Shown: piece by piece, positions 9,816-20,809 of the stretch | Layout: every line of letters begins with the position of its first letter | Position numbering within the stretch: position 1 is the stretch's first letter | Assembly: GCA_030765185.1 (NCBI GenBank) | Contig: JAVCDE010000024.1 | Coordinates: 251,538 to 315,537, forward strand | Source of the DNA: Candidatus Aceula meridiana | Lineage (GTDB): Bacteria; Omnitrophota; Gorgyraeia; Zapsychrales; Aceulaceae | Direction: 5' to 3' | DNA: 64,000 bases | The notes under the pieces: generated by a model | The model's input: only the letters and a program-made list of their open reading frames with translations | Databases searched by the model: none | Told to the model about the DNA's origin: nothing | Position numbers and translations under genes: made by a program

Positions 9816-12331
9816 TATTTATTCCTTTCGGTTAAACAAATTTTTCTTTTTGAGGCAAAATAACACAGGCCTGAAAAAGCAACAATGACCCCAATTATAA
9901 TAAATGTTATTGGCTTCCACCCGGCTGCCGTATATCCAAACAATACATACGCAACTGCGCAGGCAACAAATAAAGCGATGAGCATGCAATTTGAGCATTT
10001 ACAGCTTAACCGCTTATCGCTTTCTTCAAAAATCCATGCCGGTCGAAATGAAACAATTGCCGGCAAGATAAATAATGTTGCGATAGATGAGACCGCCATA
10101 ATCGCAAACATAAAAAATCCAACAGTTTTATAAGGAACTAACGGAGCTGCCAAAAGTGGCAAAAATCCGATCGCCACCACAAGCGCATTGCGAATAATCG
10201 CACGTCCGGGCCCTGCGAACATTTCTTTAGCAGTTTCCTCCCAGGTCTTCTTTTCATGATAGACCTCGGTAGTCCGTTGAATAAAGTGTATTGCAAAATC
10301 AATCGAGAGCCCCAGAGTTAATGCCGAAAGAACAGCAACCGGCATATCATAATCTTTTCCAAAAAATCCTAAAAGACTATAAATAAAAATAATCGTTACC
10401 GTCAAAGGAATCATAGAAATTAGCGCTTTTATCGGTGAACGGAACAAAAAGAGCATCATAAAAAGAACAATGACAAAACTTCCTAAGAAATTCTTAAGCA
10501 TACCGACAACCATATTATTTTGCCAAATAACATTAATATAAGTCAAGCCTGCCCAATGGGACGTCAAAGGATAAGGCGGTGGGTTATCCTTAATATACTG
10601 GCGGATATCTTTGACAACAGCATCCATGTCTTTGTTATCCCCGCTCTTTAATTGAACCCAGATATTCAGCTTAGAATAATTCGGTGTTGTCATATGCCAA
10701 AGATCATCAGGCTTATGTGAATTCTCAAAAGAAATCAAGCACTGAGCTACGGCCTGCTTCGTTTTTGGAATAATATTATTTATCCTGTCTCCTCCTAAAA
10801 GCTCGTAATAAATTTTCTTGATGATATCCGCAAGCGACGTGGTCTTGCCAACATAGCCGGTTTCCATCAAATTGCTTTGAAGCTTTTCAACATAATGGAG
10901 CATCTTTGGCTGGATAAAAATTTCATCGTCTTTATTCTCAGCTTCTAAAACAAAATAGGCCTCATACGTTCCGGCAAAATGCTCATTTAGAACCTTATCC
11001 GCCACACGAATAGGATGCTTCGCCTCAAACCAGCGCACCGGATTGTCATTAACCTGAATGTGGCTAATACCATAAAACGAGATCACAACTAAAACAACCG
11101 TAACAGCCAAAACCGGCTTGAAGTGTCGAGTTGCGACAATTTTAATAATTCGTAAAACCTTATCAAGAAAAACAGTCTTCTCTTTCTTGTCTGCATGCCC
11201 AAACTTTAAGAAATGCTTAGCATTCATCAGCATCACATAGGCAGGAATCAAAGAAATTGTCAAAACCCAGGCAATCAAAACGCCTAAGCCAACAAAAATA
11301 CCAAAAACCTGAACCGGCGGTATCGGCGAGAACGACAAGGAGAAAAACCCAACCGCAGATGTGAGCGATGTAAAAAGCATCGGAGAAAAAAGCTCATCTA
11401 AAACAAACCGCATTGTTTTTTGCTTATCATTAAAAAGATGATATTTGTCAAAAAACTCACTTAGAATATGTACAGAATCTAAAACGGCTATAGGCATTAA
11501 AAAGATTGGAATCATCGAACTCATGATATGAACCGGAAAACCAAATCCGATTAAAAGCCCCATGGTCACTACTACTGTAGCCATCGCCACTAGCATAGGC
11601 GCCACAATTAATGAAACGGATTTAAAGAAAAACCACATTAAAAGAAAAATAACTAATCCTGCCAAAGGCGCGGAAATTGCCATCTGCTTAAACATTTCAA
11701 CGCCAAACTGGTCATTGGCAATCGGCAAGCCTGTATAATGAAATTCCTCTTCACCAGGGTATTTTTCGACAATCTTCTGAATTGCCTGCTTCACTTCATA
11801 GCTTATGTCCTTTTTCTCAATGGGGATATAAAGCGCTAAAGCCTTACCGTCTTCAGAAACAAGACTTCCGTGAAACATGGGATTGTCTTGCGCTTCATCG
11901 CGAACCAAAAGAGCCTCCTGTTGATTCTTGGGAGGAGCCTCCATCAACCAATTAAACCTTACCGTACCAACACCGGCTTGCTGAATATTGTCTTTTGTGG
12001 ACGGAGCAATAATCTCTGAAGCAATTACACCATCAACTTTCTTAATTTCTTCGGTAATGTTATAAATCTTTGTTAAAGTCTCAATATTAAAAACGCCGTT
12101 CGGATCTTCATTATTTATAACGCCGATAACAACAAGGTCGTATATCGCAAATTCTTTTTTCATCTCTCGGTTAAAAACACGCACCGGTGCATCAGAGGGA
12201 AGCATATTTTCTGGGTCTGTATCAACTTTGATGCGCGGATATTGAATAAGCGCAAGAATTGCAAAAGCCGCAATAATCCAAATAAGAACTTTAGGCTTAC
12301 GGATAGAAAATTCAACAAATCTTTTAATCAT
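9815..12331 (-). CDS. MMPL/RND-family transporter with Cys-containing C-terminal extension
   Basis: Two MMPL repeats (DPENMLP, IAVLDSVH, GLSIDFAIH); tail SCKCSNC followed by two extra hydrophobic helices. Confidence 0.9.
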   Translation of the reverse strand: MIKRFVEFSIRKPKVLIWIIAAFAILALIQYPRIKVDTDPENMLPSDAPVRVFNREMKKEFAIYDLVVIGVINNEDPNGVFNIETLTKIYNITEEIKKVDGVIASEIIAPSTKDNIQQAGVGTVRFNWLMEAPPKNQQEALLVRDEAQDNPMFHGSLVSEDGKALALYIPIEKKDISYEVKQAIQKIVEKYPGEEEFHYTGLPIANDQFGVEMFKQMAISAPLAGLVIFLLMWFFFKSVSLIVAPMLVAMATVVVTMGLLIGFGFPVHIMSSMIPIFLMPIAVLDSVHILSEFFDKYHLFNDKQKTMRFVLDELFSPMLFTSLTSAVGFFSLSFSPIPPVQVFGIFVGLGVLIAWVLTISLIPAYVMLMNAKHFLKFGHADKKEKTVFLDKVLRIIKIVATRHFKPVLAVTVVLVVISFYGISHIQVNDNPVRWFEAKHPIRVADKVLNEHFAGTYEAYFVLEAENKDDEIFIQPKMLHYVEKLQSNLMETGYVGKTTSLADIIKKIYYELLGGDRINNIIPKTKQAVAQCLISFENSHKPDDLWHMTTPNYSKLNIWVQLKSGDNKDMDAVVKDIRQYIKDNPPPYPLTSHWAGLTYINVIWQNNMVVGMLKNFLGSFVIVLFMMLFLFRSPIKALISMIPLTVTIIFIYSLLGFFGKDYDMPVAVLSALTLGLSIDFAIHFIQRTTEVYHEKKTWEETAKEMFAGPGRAIIRNALVVAIGFLPLLAAPLVPYKTVGFFMFAIMAVSSIATLFILPAIVSFRPAWIFEESDKRLSCKCSNCMLIALFVACAVAYVLFGYTAAGWKPITFIIIGVIVAFSGLCYFASKRKICLTERNK

Positions 12332-12343
12332 TTTTATCTCCTT

Positions 12344-14050
12344 CTAACTGACAGTCTTTGTTACTTTTGGAAAAATTTTCTCAAACGGCCACATAAGAAT
12401 TCCACCATCCATAACCTTAACATTTGAAAATCCTGCAGATTTTAAAATCAAAGCTGCTTCATAACCACGTAAAGAAATCTTACAAAAAGTAATAATTTCC
12501 TTATCCTTAGGAAGCTCATCAACTCTGCGTCGAAGCTGCCCCAAAGGAACAAGAATAGAATCTTTAATTTTTGCCTCATTGTATTCTTCAGGACTTCTGA
12601 CGTCAAGAAGAACAATATCTTCACCCTTGATAATCTTCTCGTAAACTTCATCAGGAGTCAACGATTCATACATTCCGTCAATCTTATTACGGGCAATGTT
12701 AGCTGCCGTAAGAATATTATCCATAGCCGGAGAATAAGGCGGAGCATAACATAAATCCAAGTTTGCGATTTGATCAACTGTCATCTTTGCCGTAATAGCT
12801 GTTGCCGCTACGTCGATTCTCTTATCGACAGCTCCCGGCCCAATCGCTTGAAAGCCTAAAAGACGCCGACTCTGGCGGTCAGCGATTAATTTTATAAAAA
12901 TAAGTTTTGCGCCAGGATAAAAATGTGCCTTATCCGGAGCAGGACTTAAAAGTGAAACAACGTCAAACCCTTCTTCTTTGGCCTGCGCCTCGCCCAAACC
13001 TGTACGCCCAACATTAAAGTCAAAAACCTTGCAAACTGTTGAGCCTAAGACCCCCGGAAAACTATCATGCCTCCCACAAATATTATTCGCAGCAACACGT
13101 CCTTGTTTGTTTGCGGTTGACCCTAAAGGGACAAAGCAGGGTTTTTCTGTCAATAAATCGATAGATTCGACACAATCACCAACCGCAAAAATATTTGGAT
13201 CACTAGTTTGCATTTGCTCATTGACAGTAATCCCTCCTGTTTTTCCAACTTTAAGCCCACTTTCTTTTGCTAAAACAGTATTCGGTCTAACTCCAACTGC
13301 ACTAATAACAAAATCACACGCTATTCTTCCTTTGTCCGTCATCACAGCGCTGACTTCTTCACTCCCTTCGATAGCCTGAACAGTTGTCTGGGTCTTAATC
13401 TTAACACCTTTGGCCTCCATATGCCTGACGACATGAACTGCCAGCTCTTTATCCAACATAGGAAGAATTTGAGGAAGTCTCTCAATAATTGTAACGCGGG
13501 CACCTCTCTCAGCTAAAGCTTCTGTCACTTCAACACCAATTAAACCTCCTCCAATAATCACAACGTCTTTAGCCCCACCGTCGTCTAACATAGCTTTAAT
13601 ACCCTCAGCATCTTCGATGGTTTGCAGCGTAAAAACATTCTTAAGCTTTATACCTTCGACCGGTGGAATAACAGGACGAGCTCCTGTGGCAAGGACAAGC
13701 GTGTCATAGGAAATTTCTTTTTCCTCTAAGGTCTCATAATCCTTAACGAAAATTTTCTTTAATTTAGCATTAACTGATATAACTTCCATTTTATTAAAAA
13801 CTTTAACGTTCTTAACTTCATGAAAAAAGATGGGATCACGTACTGCCCCGATAGCCGTGCACATTAATTCTTTCTGATCTTCAACTACCCCTGAAATATA
13901 ATAAGGAAGGCCGCACCCGGCATAAGAAAGAAATGTCCCCTTTTCAATAAGTATAATTTCTGCATCCGGACAAAGTCTGCTAATCTTTGATCCAACTTTT
14001 GGCCCAGCAGCAACGCCCCCGATAATTACAATTTTTTTCTTTTGGCTCAT
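12344..14050 (-). CDS. FAD-dependent CoA-disulfide/persulfide reductase with C-terminal rhodanese domain (CoADR-RHD/Npsr-like)
   Basis: IIGGVAAG, SYAGCGLPY redox Cys, GGGLIGVE NAD(P)H site, LCYAPPYS, rhodanese LDVRSPEEY...FCKISLRG. Confidence 0.9.
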   Translation of the reverse strand: MSQKKKIVIIGGVAAGPKVGSKISRLCPDAEIILIEKGTFLSYAGCGLPYYISGVVEDQKELMCTAIGAVRDPIFFHEVKNVKVFNKMEVISVNAKLKKIFVKDYETLEEKEISYDTLVLATGARPVIPPVEGIKLKNVFTLQTIEDAEGIKAMLDDGGAKDVVIIGGGLIGVEVTEALAERGARVTIIERLPQILPMLDKELAVHVVRHMEAKGVKIKTQTTVQAIEGSEEVSAVMTDKGRIACDFVISAVGVRPNTVLAKESGLKVGKTGGITVNEQMQTSDPNIFAVGDCVESIDLLTEKPCFVPLGSTANKQGRVAANNICGRHDSFPGVLGSTVCKVFDFNVGRTGLGEAQAKEEGFDVVSLLSPAPDKAHFYPGAKLIFIKLIADRQSRRLLGFQAIGPGAVDKRIDVAATAITAKMTVDQIANLDLCYAPPYSPAMDNILTAANIARNKIDGMYESLTPDEVYEKIIKGEDIVLLDVRSPEEYNEAKIKDSILVPLGQLRRRVDELPKDKEIITFCKISLRGYEAALILKSAGFSNVKVMDGGILMWPFEKIFPKVTKTVS

Positions 14051-14073
14051 CTTTTTAGTATCCTCTCTAAAAA

Positions 14074-14559
14074 TTAGTTAACAATAACATTTTTAAGCAT
14101 TTCATGTTCTTCAGGGCCAACCCTGCCTCCCATAATTTCAGCAATTTTACCTCCGAGCATTCTTCCCATGAGGCCTGTATTCATTTTTGAAACCATTACG
14201 CGTCCGTCATCTGTCTCCCAGACAGAAAAACTACAAGGCATTAAGCAAGAAACAAAACGAGAAGATTCACTCATCAAAATTTCTTTTGCGTAAATTGCCC
14301 TGCAGAGCTTAATTCCTGCAACCTTGACTCCAAAGTCTTCACCTGTTTTACTTTTTATTTCTTCACTCATCATGTCCGTTCCCTTATGATTCCATCCAGC
14401 CTTTTTGATACTCTCTTCAATGTGACGAATGGTCTCATAAAAATCATACTTACTTTCTTTGGAAACAATCATCATTTTTGGTATTAAAATAAAAATAGAA
14501 AGTCCTGCAAAAACGACCCCAGAAATAAACAAAAGAATAAAACTTATTATTGTATTCAT
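14074..14559 (-). CDS. DUF302 family protein with N-terminal membrane anchor
   Basis: IKLC...CLMPCSFSVWETDDGRV motif of DUF302. Confidence 0.8.
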   Translation of the reverse strand: MNTIISFILLFISGVVFAGLSIFILIPKMMIVSKESKYDFYETIRHIEESIKKAGWNHKGTDMMSEEIKSKTGEDFGVKVAGIKLCRAIYAKEILMSESSRFVSCLMPCSFSVWETDDGRVMVSKMNTGLMGRMLGGKIAEIMGGRVGPEEHEMLKNVIVN

Positions 14560-14579
14560 TGCTTTTTTCCTTTCAAAAT

Positions 14580-14900
14580 TTATAAAATTTTATTTATTTT
14601 TTCCTCTAAAGATTCTTTAGGAAGAACCCCTACAACATTATCAACGACCTTACCACCTTTAAAAAAGAAAAGGGACGGAATAGAAGAAATTTGATATTGA
14701 GTGGCCAACCCAGAGCTTTCGTCAACATTAATTTTCCCAATTTTACATTTTCCTTCATACTGGTCAGATAATTCTGCCAGAATCGGAGCAACCATACGGC
14801 ATGGTCCGCACCAATCTGCAAAAAAATCAACGATGACGGGTTGTTCAGATTCTAAAACTTCTTTTGTAAAATTCTCATTACTTAAGTGTAAAATAGGCAT
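14580..14900 (-). CDS. trxA: Thioredoxin
   Basis: WCGPC active site, 106 aa. Confidence 0.97.
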   Translation of the reverse strand: MPILHLSNENFTKEVLESEQPVIVDFFADWCGPCRMVAPILAELSDQYEGKCKIGKINVDESSGLATQYQISSIPSLFFFKGGKVVDNVVGVLPKESLEEKINKIL

Positions 14901-14910
14901 CTTGCCCTCC

Positions 14911-15174
14911 TTATGTTTGTTTAAAAATATTTATAATCTTTTCTACATCCTGGTCAACAACTCTGTAGCAGGTTTCAACTCCCTGCTTTTGCGGAACAAG
15001 AACTCCGGCATTCTTTAAAATTCCTAAATGCTGCGAAACAGTTGATTGCGGCAACTTTAAATTTTTAACAATTTTTGAGACGTTGCACTCATGACGCAAA
15101 AGACCTTCAACCATCCTTAGTCGAACCGGATGCCCCAAAGCCTTTAGCATTTCGCTTTTCTTTTTATAGTTCAT
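14911..15174 (-). CDS. ArsR/SmtB family transcriptional repressor
   Basis: KALGHPVRLRMV...QSTVSQHLGILKNAG winged HTH; two Cys (ECNV, ETCY). Confidence 0.92.
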   Translation of the reverse strand: MNYKKKSEMLKALGHPVRLRMVEGLLRHECNVSKIVKNLKLPQSTVSQHLGILKNAGVLVPQKQGVETCYRVVDQDVEKIINIFKQT

Positions 15175-15214
15175 CTTCAGCTCCTAAAATTAAGAATAAA
15201 AAACTATTTAATCA

Positions 15215-15249
15215 ATCGTGATATTACGATAATACGATTAATTTGTCAA
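15215..15249 (-). promoter_or_regulatory. sigma70 promoter overlapped by a putative ArsR operator
   Basis: TTGACA(15249-15244)-N17-TAATAT(15226-15221); imperfect palindrome ATCGTGATATTACGAT at 15215-15230 covers the -10. Confidence 0.7.
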
Positions 15250-15267
15250 GAATATTTTTTAGAAAAG

Positions 15268-15308
15268 AAAAAAGGCCAGTCCCCGCTAACAGTGGGAACT
15301 GGCCTTTC
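15268..15308 (-). terminator. Intrinsic terminator after cspA
   Basis: AAAGGCCAGTCCC...GGGAACTGGCCTTT hairpin followed by a T-run on the minus strand. Confidence 0.8.
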
Positions 15309-15333
15309 TCTTATCTATATGTCTGTTTAATCC

Positions 15334-15537
15334 CTAAAGCTTTGTTACATTCTTAGCTTTAAGGCCTTTGTCGTCTTTTTCAACTTCAAATTCTACGTCT
15401 TGCCCTTCCTCTAGTGACTTATAACCGTCCTCTTGGTTAATTTCACTAAAATGCACAAAAACATCTTCACCGCCTTCAGAAGATATGAATCCATATCCCT
15501 TTTTGGCATTAAACCATTTTACTTTTCCTTTTGTCAT
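15334..15537 (-). CDS. cspA: Cold-shock protein
   Basis: [18 protein letters not shown]...DVFVHFS RNP1/RNP2 motifs; start moved to ATG 15537. Confidence 0.95.
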   Translation of the reverse strand: MTKGKVKWFNAKKGYGFISSEGGEDVFVHFSEINQEDGYKSLEEGQDVEFEVEKDDKGLKAKNVTKL

Positions 15538-15709
15538 TACTTCCATCCTTGTAAAGCGATTCTGAAAATAAACTTTTTTAAAGCCTTATCCTCCAAAAAC
15601 TTAACCTTTTTTTCACTTTACCCTAGAGAAATCTTTTTGTCAATAATCATTCATTGAAAAGTATTTCTTTTTGAAAATCTTTTCAGAGGAATTAAGAATA
15701 TATTTTTAG

Positions 15710-16765
15710 TTAACAAATGCGTGGCAGCTGACCGCCGGAAAGCATGTCAATTATGCGGAGGGTTCCAATTTGATTTTGCATTATAACATCAGCATTCTTA
15801 TCTTTTTTTACATATCCGATTATCCCAGCCCCTTTTCCTTGGGGATGGCTCATCATAACCTTTAAAACCTTATCTGCGTCTTGAGGTGGTACAAAACAAA
15901 TAAAGCGGCCTTCATTAGCTACATAAAGCGGATCTAATCCTAAAATTTCACAAGCAGCATTTACATCTTCACGAACAGAAATCTTTTTCTCTTCAATTTC
16001 AATACTCAACCCAGAAGTCTTTGCGATCTCAACTAGTGATGTAGCCAATCCTCCACGCGTTAAATCGCGTAAACACTTTATCGAAGCCTTTGTATCAAAG
16101 ATTTTCATGACCAAATCTGATAAAGAGGCTGCGTCACTTTTAATTTCGCTCTCAAATGACAAGCCCTCCCTGACCGCCATAATCGCAATTCCATGCCGTC
16201 CAATATCTCCGCTTAAAACAATAACATCACCCTCTTCAATCGACTGAGGTAAAATTTCTCTGTCATGCTCTATAATCCCAATGCCGGTTGTATTAATAAA
16301 AATTCCGTCTGCTTTTCCTTTATCAACAACCTTAGTATCACCAGCTACAATCTGAACACCTGCATCTTGCGCTGCCTGCTGCATCGAATTTACAACGCGC
16401 CAAAGTGTTTCCATGGGCAATCCTTCTTCTAAAATAAACCCTGCTGTAAGATACTTGGGTCGAGCTCCGCACATAGCCAAATCATTAACCGTACCATGAA
16501 CAGCCAAAGAACCAATATCGCCTCCCGGAAAGAACAACGGATAAACCACAAAAGAATCTGTTGTCGTTGCTATTTTACCACCAGAAATATCTAAAACAGC
16601 CCCATCATGCGCTTGGTCAAGTATTGGATTCTTAAAAACAGCGTGAAATATCTTTTCAATAAGCTGATGCATCAAAACTCCTCCGCTTCCGTGAGCTAAC
16701 AATACTTGCGGATAATCTTTAATCGGAATCGGGCAGCTTAATTGGAAATCTTTATCTTTTTTCAT
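15710..16765 (-). CDS. hypE: Hydrogenase maturation carbamoyl dehydratase HypE
   Basis: [29 protein letters not shown]-terminal PRIC; start 16765 gives an ATGA overlap with hypD. Confidence 0.96.
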   Translation of the reverse strand: MKKDKDFQLSCPIPIKDYPQVLLAHGSGGVLMHQLIEKIFHAVFKNPILDQAHDGAVLDISGGKIATTTDSFVVYPLFFPGGDIGSLAVHGTVNDLAMCGARPKYLTAGFILEEGLPMETLWRVVNSMQQAAQDAGVQIVAGDTKVVDKGKADGIFINTTGIGIIEHDREILPQSIEEGDVIVLSGDIGRHGIAIMAVREGLSFESEIKSDAASLSDLVMKIFDTKASIKCLRDLTRGGLATSLVEIAKTSGLSIEIEEKKISVREDVNAACEILGLDPLYVANEGRFICFVPPQDADKVLKVMMSHPQGKGAGIIGYVKKDKNADVIMQNQIGTLRIIDMLSGGQLPRIC

Positions 16766-17850
16766 TTTTGTTTCCGGTAACGATAATATGCAGAACACGC
16801 TCCTTCTGTAGAAACCATCGGGGCGCCTAAAGGATGCTCAGGTCGACAGATTTTTCCAAAAGCCTCGCACTCATAAGGTTTTTTGACGCCTTGCAAAACA
16901 AGCGCGCTAATGCATTCTTTTGGTTCATGTGTCTCTATTCCTTCAAGAGGAAAAATTTTCTCAGCATCAAAAGCGGAAAATTCTTCTTTTAAAACAAGAC
17001 CACTTTTAGGAATCTCTCCTATGCCGCGCCATTTACGCACAGCAACATCAAATACTTTAGAAATAATTTCTTGAGCAGACTTATTGCCGCCCTCGTGAAC
17101 TGAACGCGCATATTGATTCTCAACTTCACAGCTACCCTGTTCAAGCTGCTTAACGCACATATAAACACCCTGTAAAATATCAATAGGCTCAAAACCTGTA
17201 ACAACAATTGGAACTTTATATTTCTTTGCTAAAGGAAAATATTCATCATAACCCATAATTGTACAGACATGACCAGCGGCCAAAAAACCCTGTATGCGAT
17301 TTAAGGAAGATGATAAAACAGCTTCCATCGCAGGTGGCACAAGAACATGGGAAACCAAAAGAGAAAAATTTGTAATTCCCTCTTTTCTAGCTTGATACGC
17401 TGCCCAGGCATTGCCGGGGGCTGTGGTTTCAAACCCTATCGCAAAGAAGACAACTTTCTTGCTAGGATTTTCTTTTGCAATCTTCAAGGCATCTGCCGGT
17501 GAATAAACAATGCGCACATCGCCTCCTTGGGCCTTTACAGTCAGCAAATCTTTTTCACTTCCCGGAACACGCAACATATCTCCAAAGGAGCAAAAAATAA
17601 CATCATCTCTCAGAGCAAGAACAATGGCCTTATCAATCGATTCGAGTGGTGTTACACAAACAGGACAGCCCGGCCCGTGGACAAGTTCTATTCCTTTAGG
17701 CAAAAGCGTATCAAGACCAAAACGGATAATACTATGTGTCTGGCCTCCACAAATTTCCATAATGGTCCAAGGCTTTGTAGTAATCTTGGCAATGCCTTTA
17801 GCTAGATTCTTTGCATCTTGCGCATAACGATATTCATCCACAAACTTCAT
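16762..17850 (-). CDS. hypD: Hydrogenase maturation protein HypD
   Basis: [30 protein letters not shown]. Confidence 0.97.
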   Translation of the reverse strand: MKFVDEYRYAQDAKNLAKGIAKITTKPWTIMEICGGQTHSIIRFGLDTLLPKGIELVHGPGCPVCVTPLESIDKAIVLALRDDVIFCSFGDMLRVPGSEKDLLTVKAQGGDVRIVYSPADALKIAKENPSKKVVFFAIGFETTAPGNAWAAYQARKEGITNFSLLVSHVLVPPAMEAVLSSSLNRIQGFLAAGHVCTIMGYDEYFPLAKKYKVPIVVTGFEPIDILQGVYMCVKQLEQGSCEVENQYARSVHEGGNKSAQEIISKVFDVAVRKWRGIGEIPKSGLVLKEEFSAFDAEKIFPLEGIETHEPKECISALVLQGVKKPYECEAFGKICRPEHPLGAPMVSTEGACSAYYRYRKQK

Positions 17851-18092
17851 TGAGCGTCTCCGTAAAGTTCATCAATTTCTCTAAGATACTCAAAAGTTTT
17901 CTTCGCTTCTTCTTCATCTAGCTGGCTAATAGCAAAACCGGTATGAACAATGACATAATCCCCTTGCTTTGCTTCCGGGACATAGGCCAAATTGATTTCT
18001 TTGATAACGCCTGAGAAATCTACTTTACCCATCCTCAAAAGAGGATCATTGCCTTCAACGCTTATAATTTTTCCTGGAACAGCTAAGCACAT
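17847..18092 (-). CDS. hypC: Hydrogenase chaperone HypC
   Basis: [10 protein letters not shown]-terminus, VIVHTGFAI. Confidence 0.97.
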   Translation of the reverse strand: MCLAVPGKIISVEGNDPLLRMGKVDFSGVIKEINLAYVPEAKQGDYVIVHTGFAISQLDEEEAKKTFEYLREIDELYGDAQ

Positions 18093-18093
18093 A

Positions 18094-20352
18094 TTATGAT
18101 TTTAACTCCTTATGCGCAGCAACAACCTGCCCTAAAGAAATTCCACCATCATTGGGTGGGATTCTCTGGTGCCAATAAACAGAAAGCTTCTGTGCGCGTA
18201 ATCTTTGTATGGCATGCTCTAACAAATATTTATTCTGAAAACAACCGCCGGTTAAAACAATCTTTTCCATGCCGCTTCTTTTGACAATGGCTGCAATAAT
18301 ATCTACTAATGTATTATGAAATTTAGCACAAATAAAGGATGCATGAAAGTCCTTTTCTATGTCGACTAAAATTTCTTTGATGGATGGCCCATCGATTAAA
18401 AGACTCTCCCCTTTTTCAATTGAAAACGAATAAACCTTATCTGTTGTCTCAAGCCCAGCAGCAAACTCAAGCATCATAGCTGCCTGACCTTCAAATTGCA
18501 TAATCTGACAAAGCCCTGTTAAAGATGCAACTGCATCAAAAATCCGTCCTACGCTTGATGTTAACGGGCTATTAATTTTCTTTCGCAACATCGTTCTTAG
18601 ATCTTGAAATTCTTTAACATCAAAGCCCTTATAGGCTTTAATATTCTTAAGTTTAAAAGCCTTTTCCTTAAAGATACTGTAGAGAAGCCCCATGGCCGAA
18701 CGTCTTGGCTCTTTAATCGCTTTTTCACCGCCTGGCAAAGGAAATGGACGAAAATGCGCAAATCGCGTAAAACCTTTGTTGTCGACTTTAAAAAACTCTC
18801 CACCCCAGATGGTTGTATCTAACCCGTAACCTGTTCCGTCCCACGCGACTCCTAAGACCTCGCCTTCAATCTCATTTTCTGCCATACAAGATAGCACATG
18901 AGCATAATGATGTTGAACCTGGATAACAGGAAGGCCCATTTTTCTAGCAAACTGAGTCGAAAGATAATCGGGATGAACATCACAGGCAACAACTTTTGGT
19001 CTAATATCGTAAAGCGTACCCAAATCCTTAATTGTTTCTTCAAATGTATAAAAGCTTTTTGCGGTTTCCAAGTCTCCAATATGTTGGCTAACAAAAATAT
19101 TATTGTCGCGGCTTAAAGAAACAGTATTTTTTAAGTGCGGCCCAACCGATAAAACCATATCGCCTGCGCCCTGACAAGGAATCGGCAAAGGCGCAAAGCC
19201 GCGTGCGCGTCTCAAAACCATTTCACGTCCCTCTATAATTCTCACAATAGAATCATCCACATGACGCGCAATAGGCCTACTGTGCATAAGAAAAACATCA
19301 GCAATGCCGCAAAGAGTCTCTGCTACTTCTTGCTCATCGATACAAATCGTTTCCTCTGTAATATTGCCACTAGTTGCAACAACAGGAAACTTTAAATTCT
19401 CCATCAACAAAATATGTAAAGGCGTGTAGGGCATCATCACGCCTAAGTAAGGGTTGCAGGGTGCAACATCTTCGCACACGCTTGTTTTTTCTTTTTTTGT
19501 CAAAAGAACAATCGGCGTTTCCGGCGATGTCAAAAGCCTTTCTTCTAAAACAGAAACATTGCAGTCTTTTTTAATTTCTTCAAGACTCGGATACATCACA
19601 GCAAATGGTTTAGCTTCGCGGTGTTTGCGTTCTCGCAAGCGTTTAACAACGTCAAAACTTCTTGCGTCAGCCATTAAGTGAAATCCACCTATTCCTTTAA
19701 CCGCAGCAATTTTTCCGTCTTTGATCATTTGCGCGCAACCTAAAAGGGCTGCATCGCAATCTGCTAAAACTTTTTTATTTCTATCCCAAAGTTCAAGGTG
19801 TGGTCCACACTCTGCGCATGCATTTGGCTGTGCATGAAATCGTCTATTTTGAGGATCGTCATATTCACCTTGGCAATCAGAGCACATTTTAAAATTCTTC
19901 ATTGTTGTGTTGGCCCTGTCGTAAGGAAGGCTTTTAATAATGCTATATCGTGGGCCGCAATTGGTACAGTTCGCAAAAGGATATCGGTATCGTCGGTTTT
20001 TAGAATCTAATATTTCCGCTCGGCAATCAGGGCACGTGGCAATATCAGGTAAAATCAGCGCAGTCTTTTCTCCACCTTTGCTTTCTCGGATTTCAAAGCC
20101 TTGATACCCTTTTACATCTAAAAATGAAGATTCCATGCTTTGAATAGAGCTAAGCGCCGGCTTTTCTTTTTTGATGCGCAGCAAAAATTCTTCTAAAGTT
20201 TTTTGCTCTCCCTCGGCCTCAATCGTAACACCTTGGCCTGAATTTAAGACCCATCCTTGGAGCTCTAGATTTTCAGCCAATTTATAAATAAATGGACGAA
20301 AACCCACGCCTTGAACAGCGCCTCGGATAAATATACGCAATCTACTTTTCAT
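18094..20352 (-). CDS. hypF: Carbamoyltransferase HypF
   Basis: Acylphosphatase domain VQGVGFRPF, zinc fingers CPDC/CTNCGPRY, QHHYAH, PPNDGGISLGQ. Confidence 0.97.
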   Translation of the reverse strand: MKSRLRIFIRGAVQGVGFRPFIYKLAENLELQGWVLNSGQGVTIEAEGEQKTLEEFLLRIKKEKPALSSIQSMESSFLDVKGYQGFEIRESKGGEKTALILPDIATCPDCRAEILDSKNRRYRYPFANCTNCGPRYSIIKSLPYDRANTTMKNFKMCSDCQGEYDDPQNRRFHAQPNACAECGPHLELWDRNKKVLADCDAALLGCAQMIKDGKIAAVKGIGGFHLMADARSFDVVKRLRERKHREAKPFAVMYPSLEEIKKDCNVSVLEERLLTSPETPIVLLTKKEKTSVCEDVAPCNPYLGVMMPYTPLHILLMENLKFPVVATSGNITEETICIDEQEVAETLCGIADVFLMHSRPIARHVDDSIVRIIEGREMVLRRARGFAPLPIPCQGAGDMVLSVGPHLKNTVSLSRDNNIFVSQHIGDLETAKSFYTFEETIKDLGTLYDIRPKVVACDVHPDYLSTQFARKMGLPVIQVQHHYAHVLSCMAENEIEGEVLGVAWDGTGYGLDTTIWGGEFFKVDNKGFTRFAHFRPFPLPGGEKAIKEPRRSAMGLLYSIFKEKAFKLKNIKAYKGFDVKEFQDLRTMLRKKINSPLTSSVGRIFDAVASLTGLCQIMQFEGQAAMMLEFAAGLETTDKVYSFSIEKGESLLIDGPSIKEILVDIEKDFHASFICAKFHNTLVDIIAAIVKRSGMEKIVLTGGCFQNKYLLEHAIQRLRAQKLSVYWHQRIPPNDGGISLGQVVAAHKELKS

Positions 20353-20357
20353 ATTTC

Positions 20358-20804
20358 TTAGAATTCTTTTTTGCGAAGAGCTTTTTCAATAAAGGTTATC
20401 GCATCTAAAAGATTATTTTGTGCTTGGCCGGATAGTTTCTCGCCGAATTCATTAAACTCATAACCGCGAATGGCTAAAACATATCCTTTTGTTTTTGCGG
20501 AAAAAAGCTGATACGCAAGCCCTAAAACACTTTCAGGATCAATGCTGTGGGTGGTAAAACTAATGTCAACCTTGGGTTGTATTTGGGTAAAAGTGAAAGG
20601 TTCCCCGCAGTTAACAGAAGCGTCAGCAAAAATGACAACATCATGGTTGGAAACTTCAGAGGCATCTTCAACGGTAAGTTGATAATTGGAGTCAACGTCG
20701 ACACCATCAACGTTAAGCTTTTCAATGGCGTCGGCTAAGGCTGGACCCAAGCCATCATCTAAGCGGCCTGGGTTGCCAAATCCTATGAGCAGGACATTGC
20801 CCAC
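20358..20804 (-). CDS. hoxW: Hydrogenase maturation endopeptidase (HoxW-type)
   Basis: LIGFGNPGRLDDGLG, FADA, TTH motifs; directly after hoxH. Confidence 0.85.
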   Translation of the reverse strand: MGNVLLIGFGNPGRLDDGLGPALADAIEKLNVDGVDVDSNYQLTVEDASEVSNHDVVIFADASVNCGEPFTFTQIQPKVDISFTTHSIDPESVLGLAYQLFSAKTKGYVLAIRGYEFNEFGEKLSGQAQNNLLDAITFIEKALRKKEF

Positions 20805-20809
20805 AAAAA

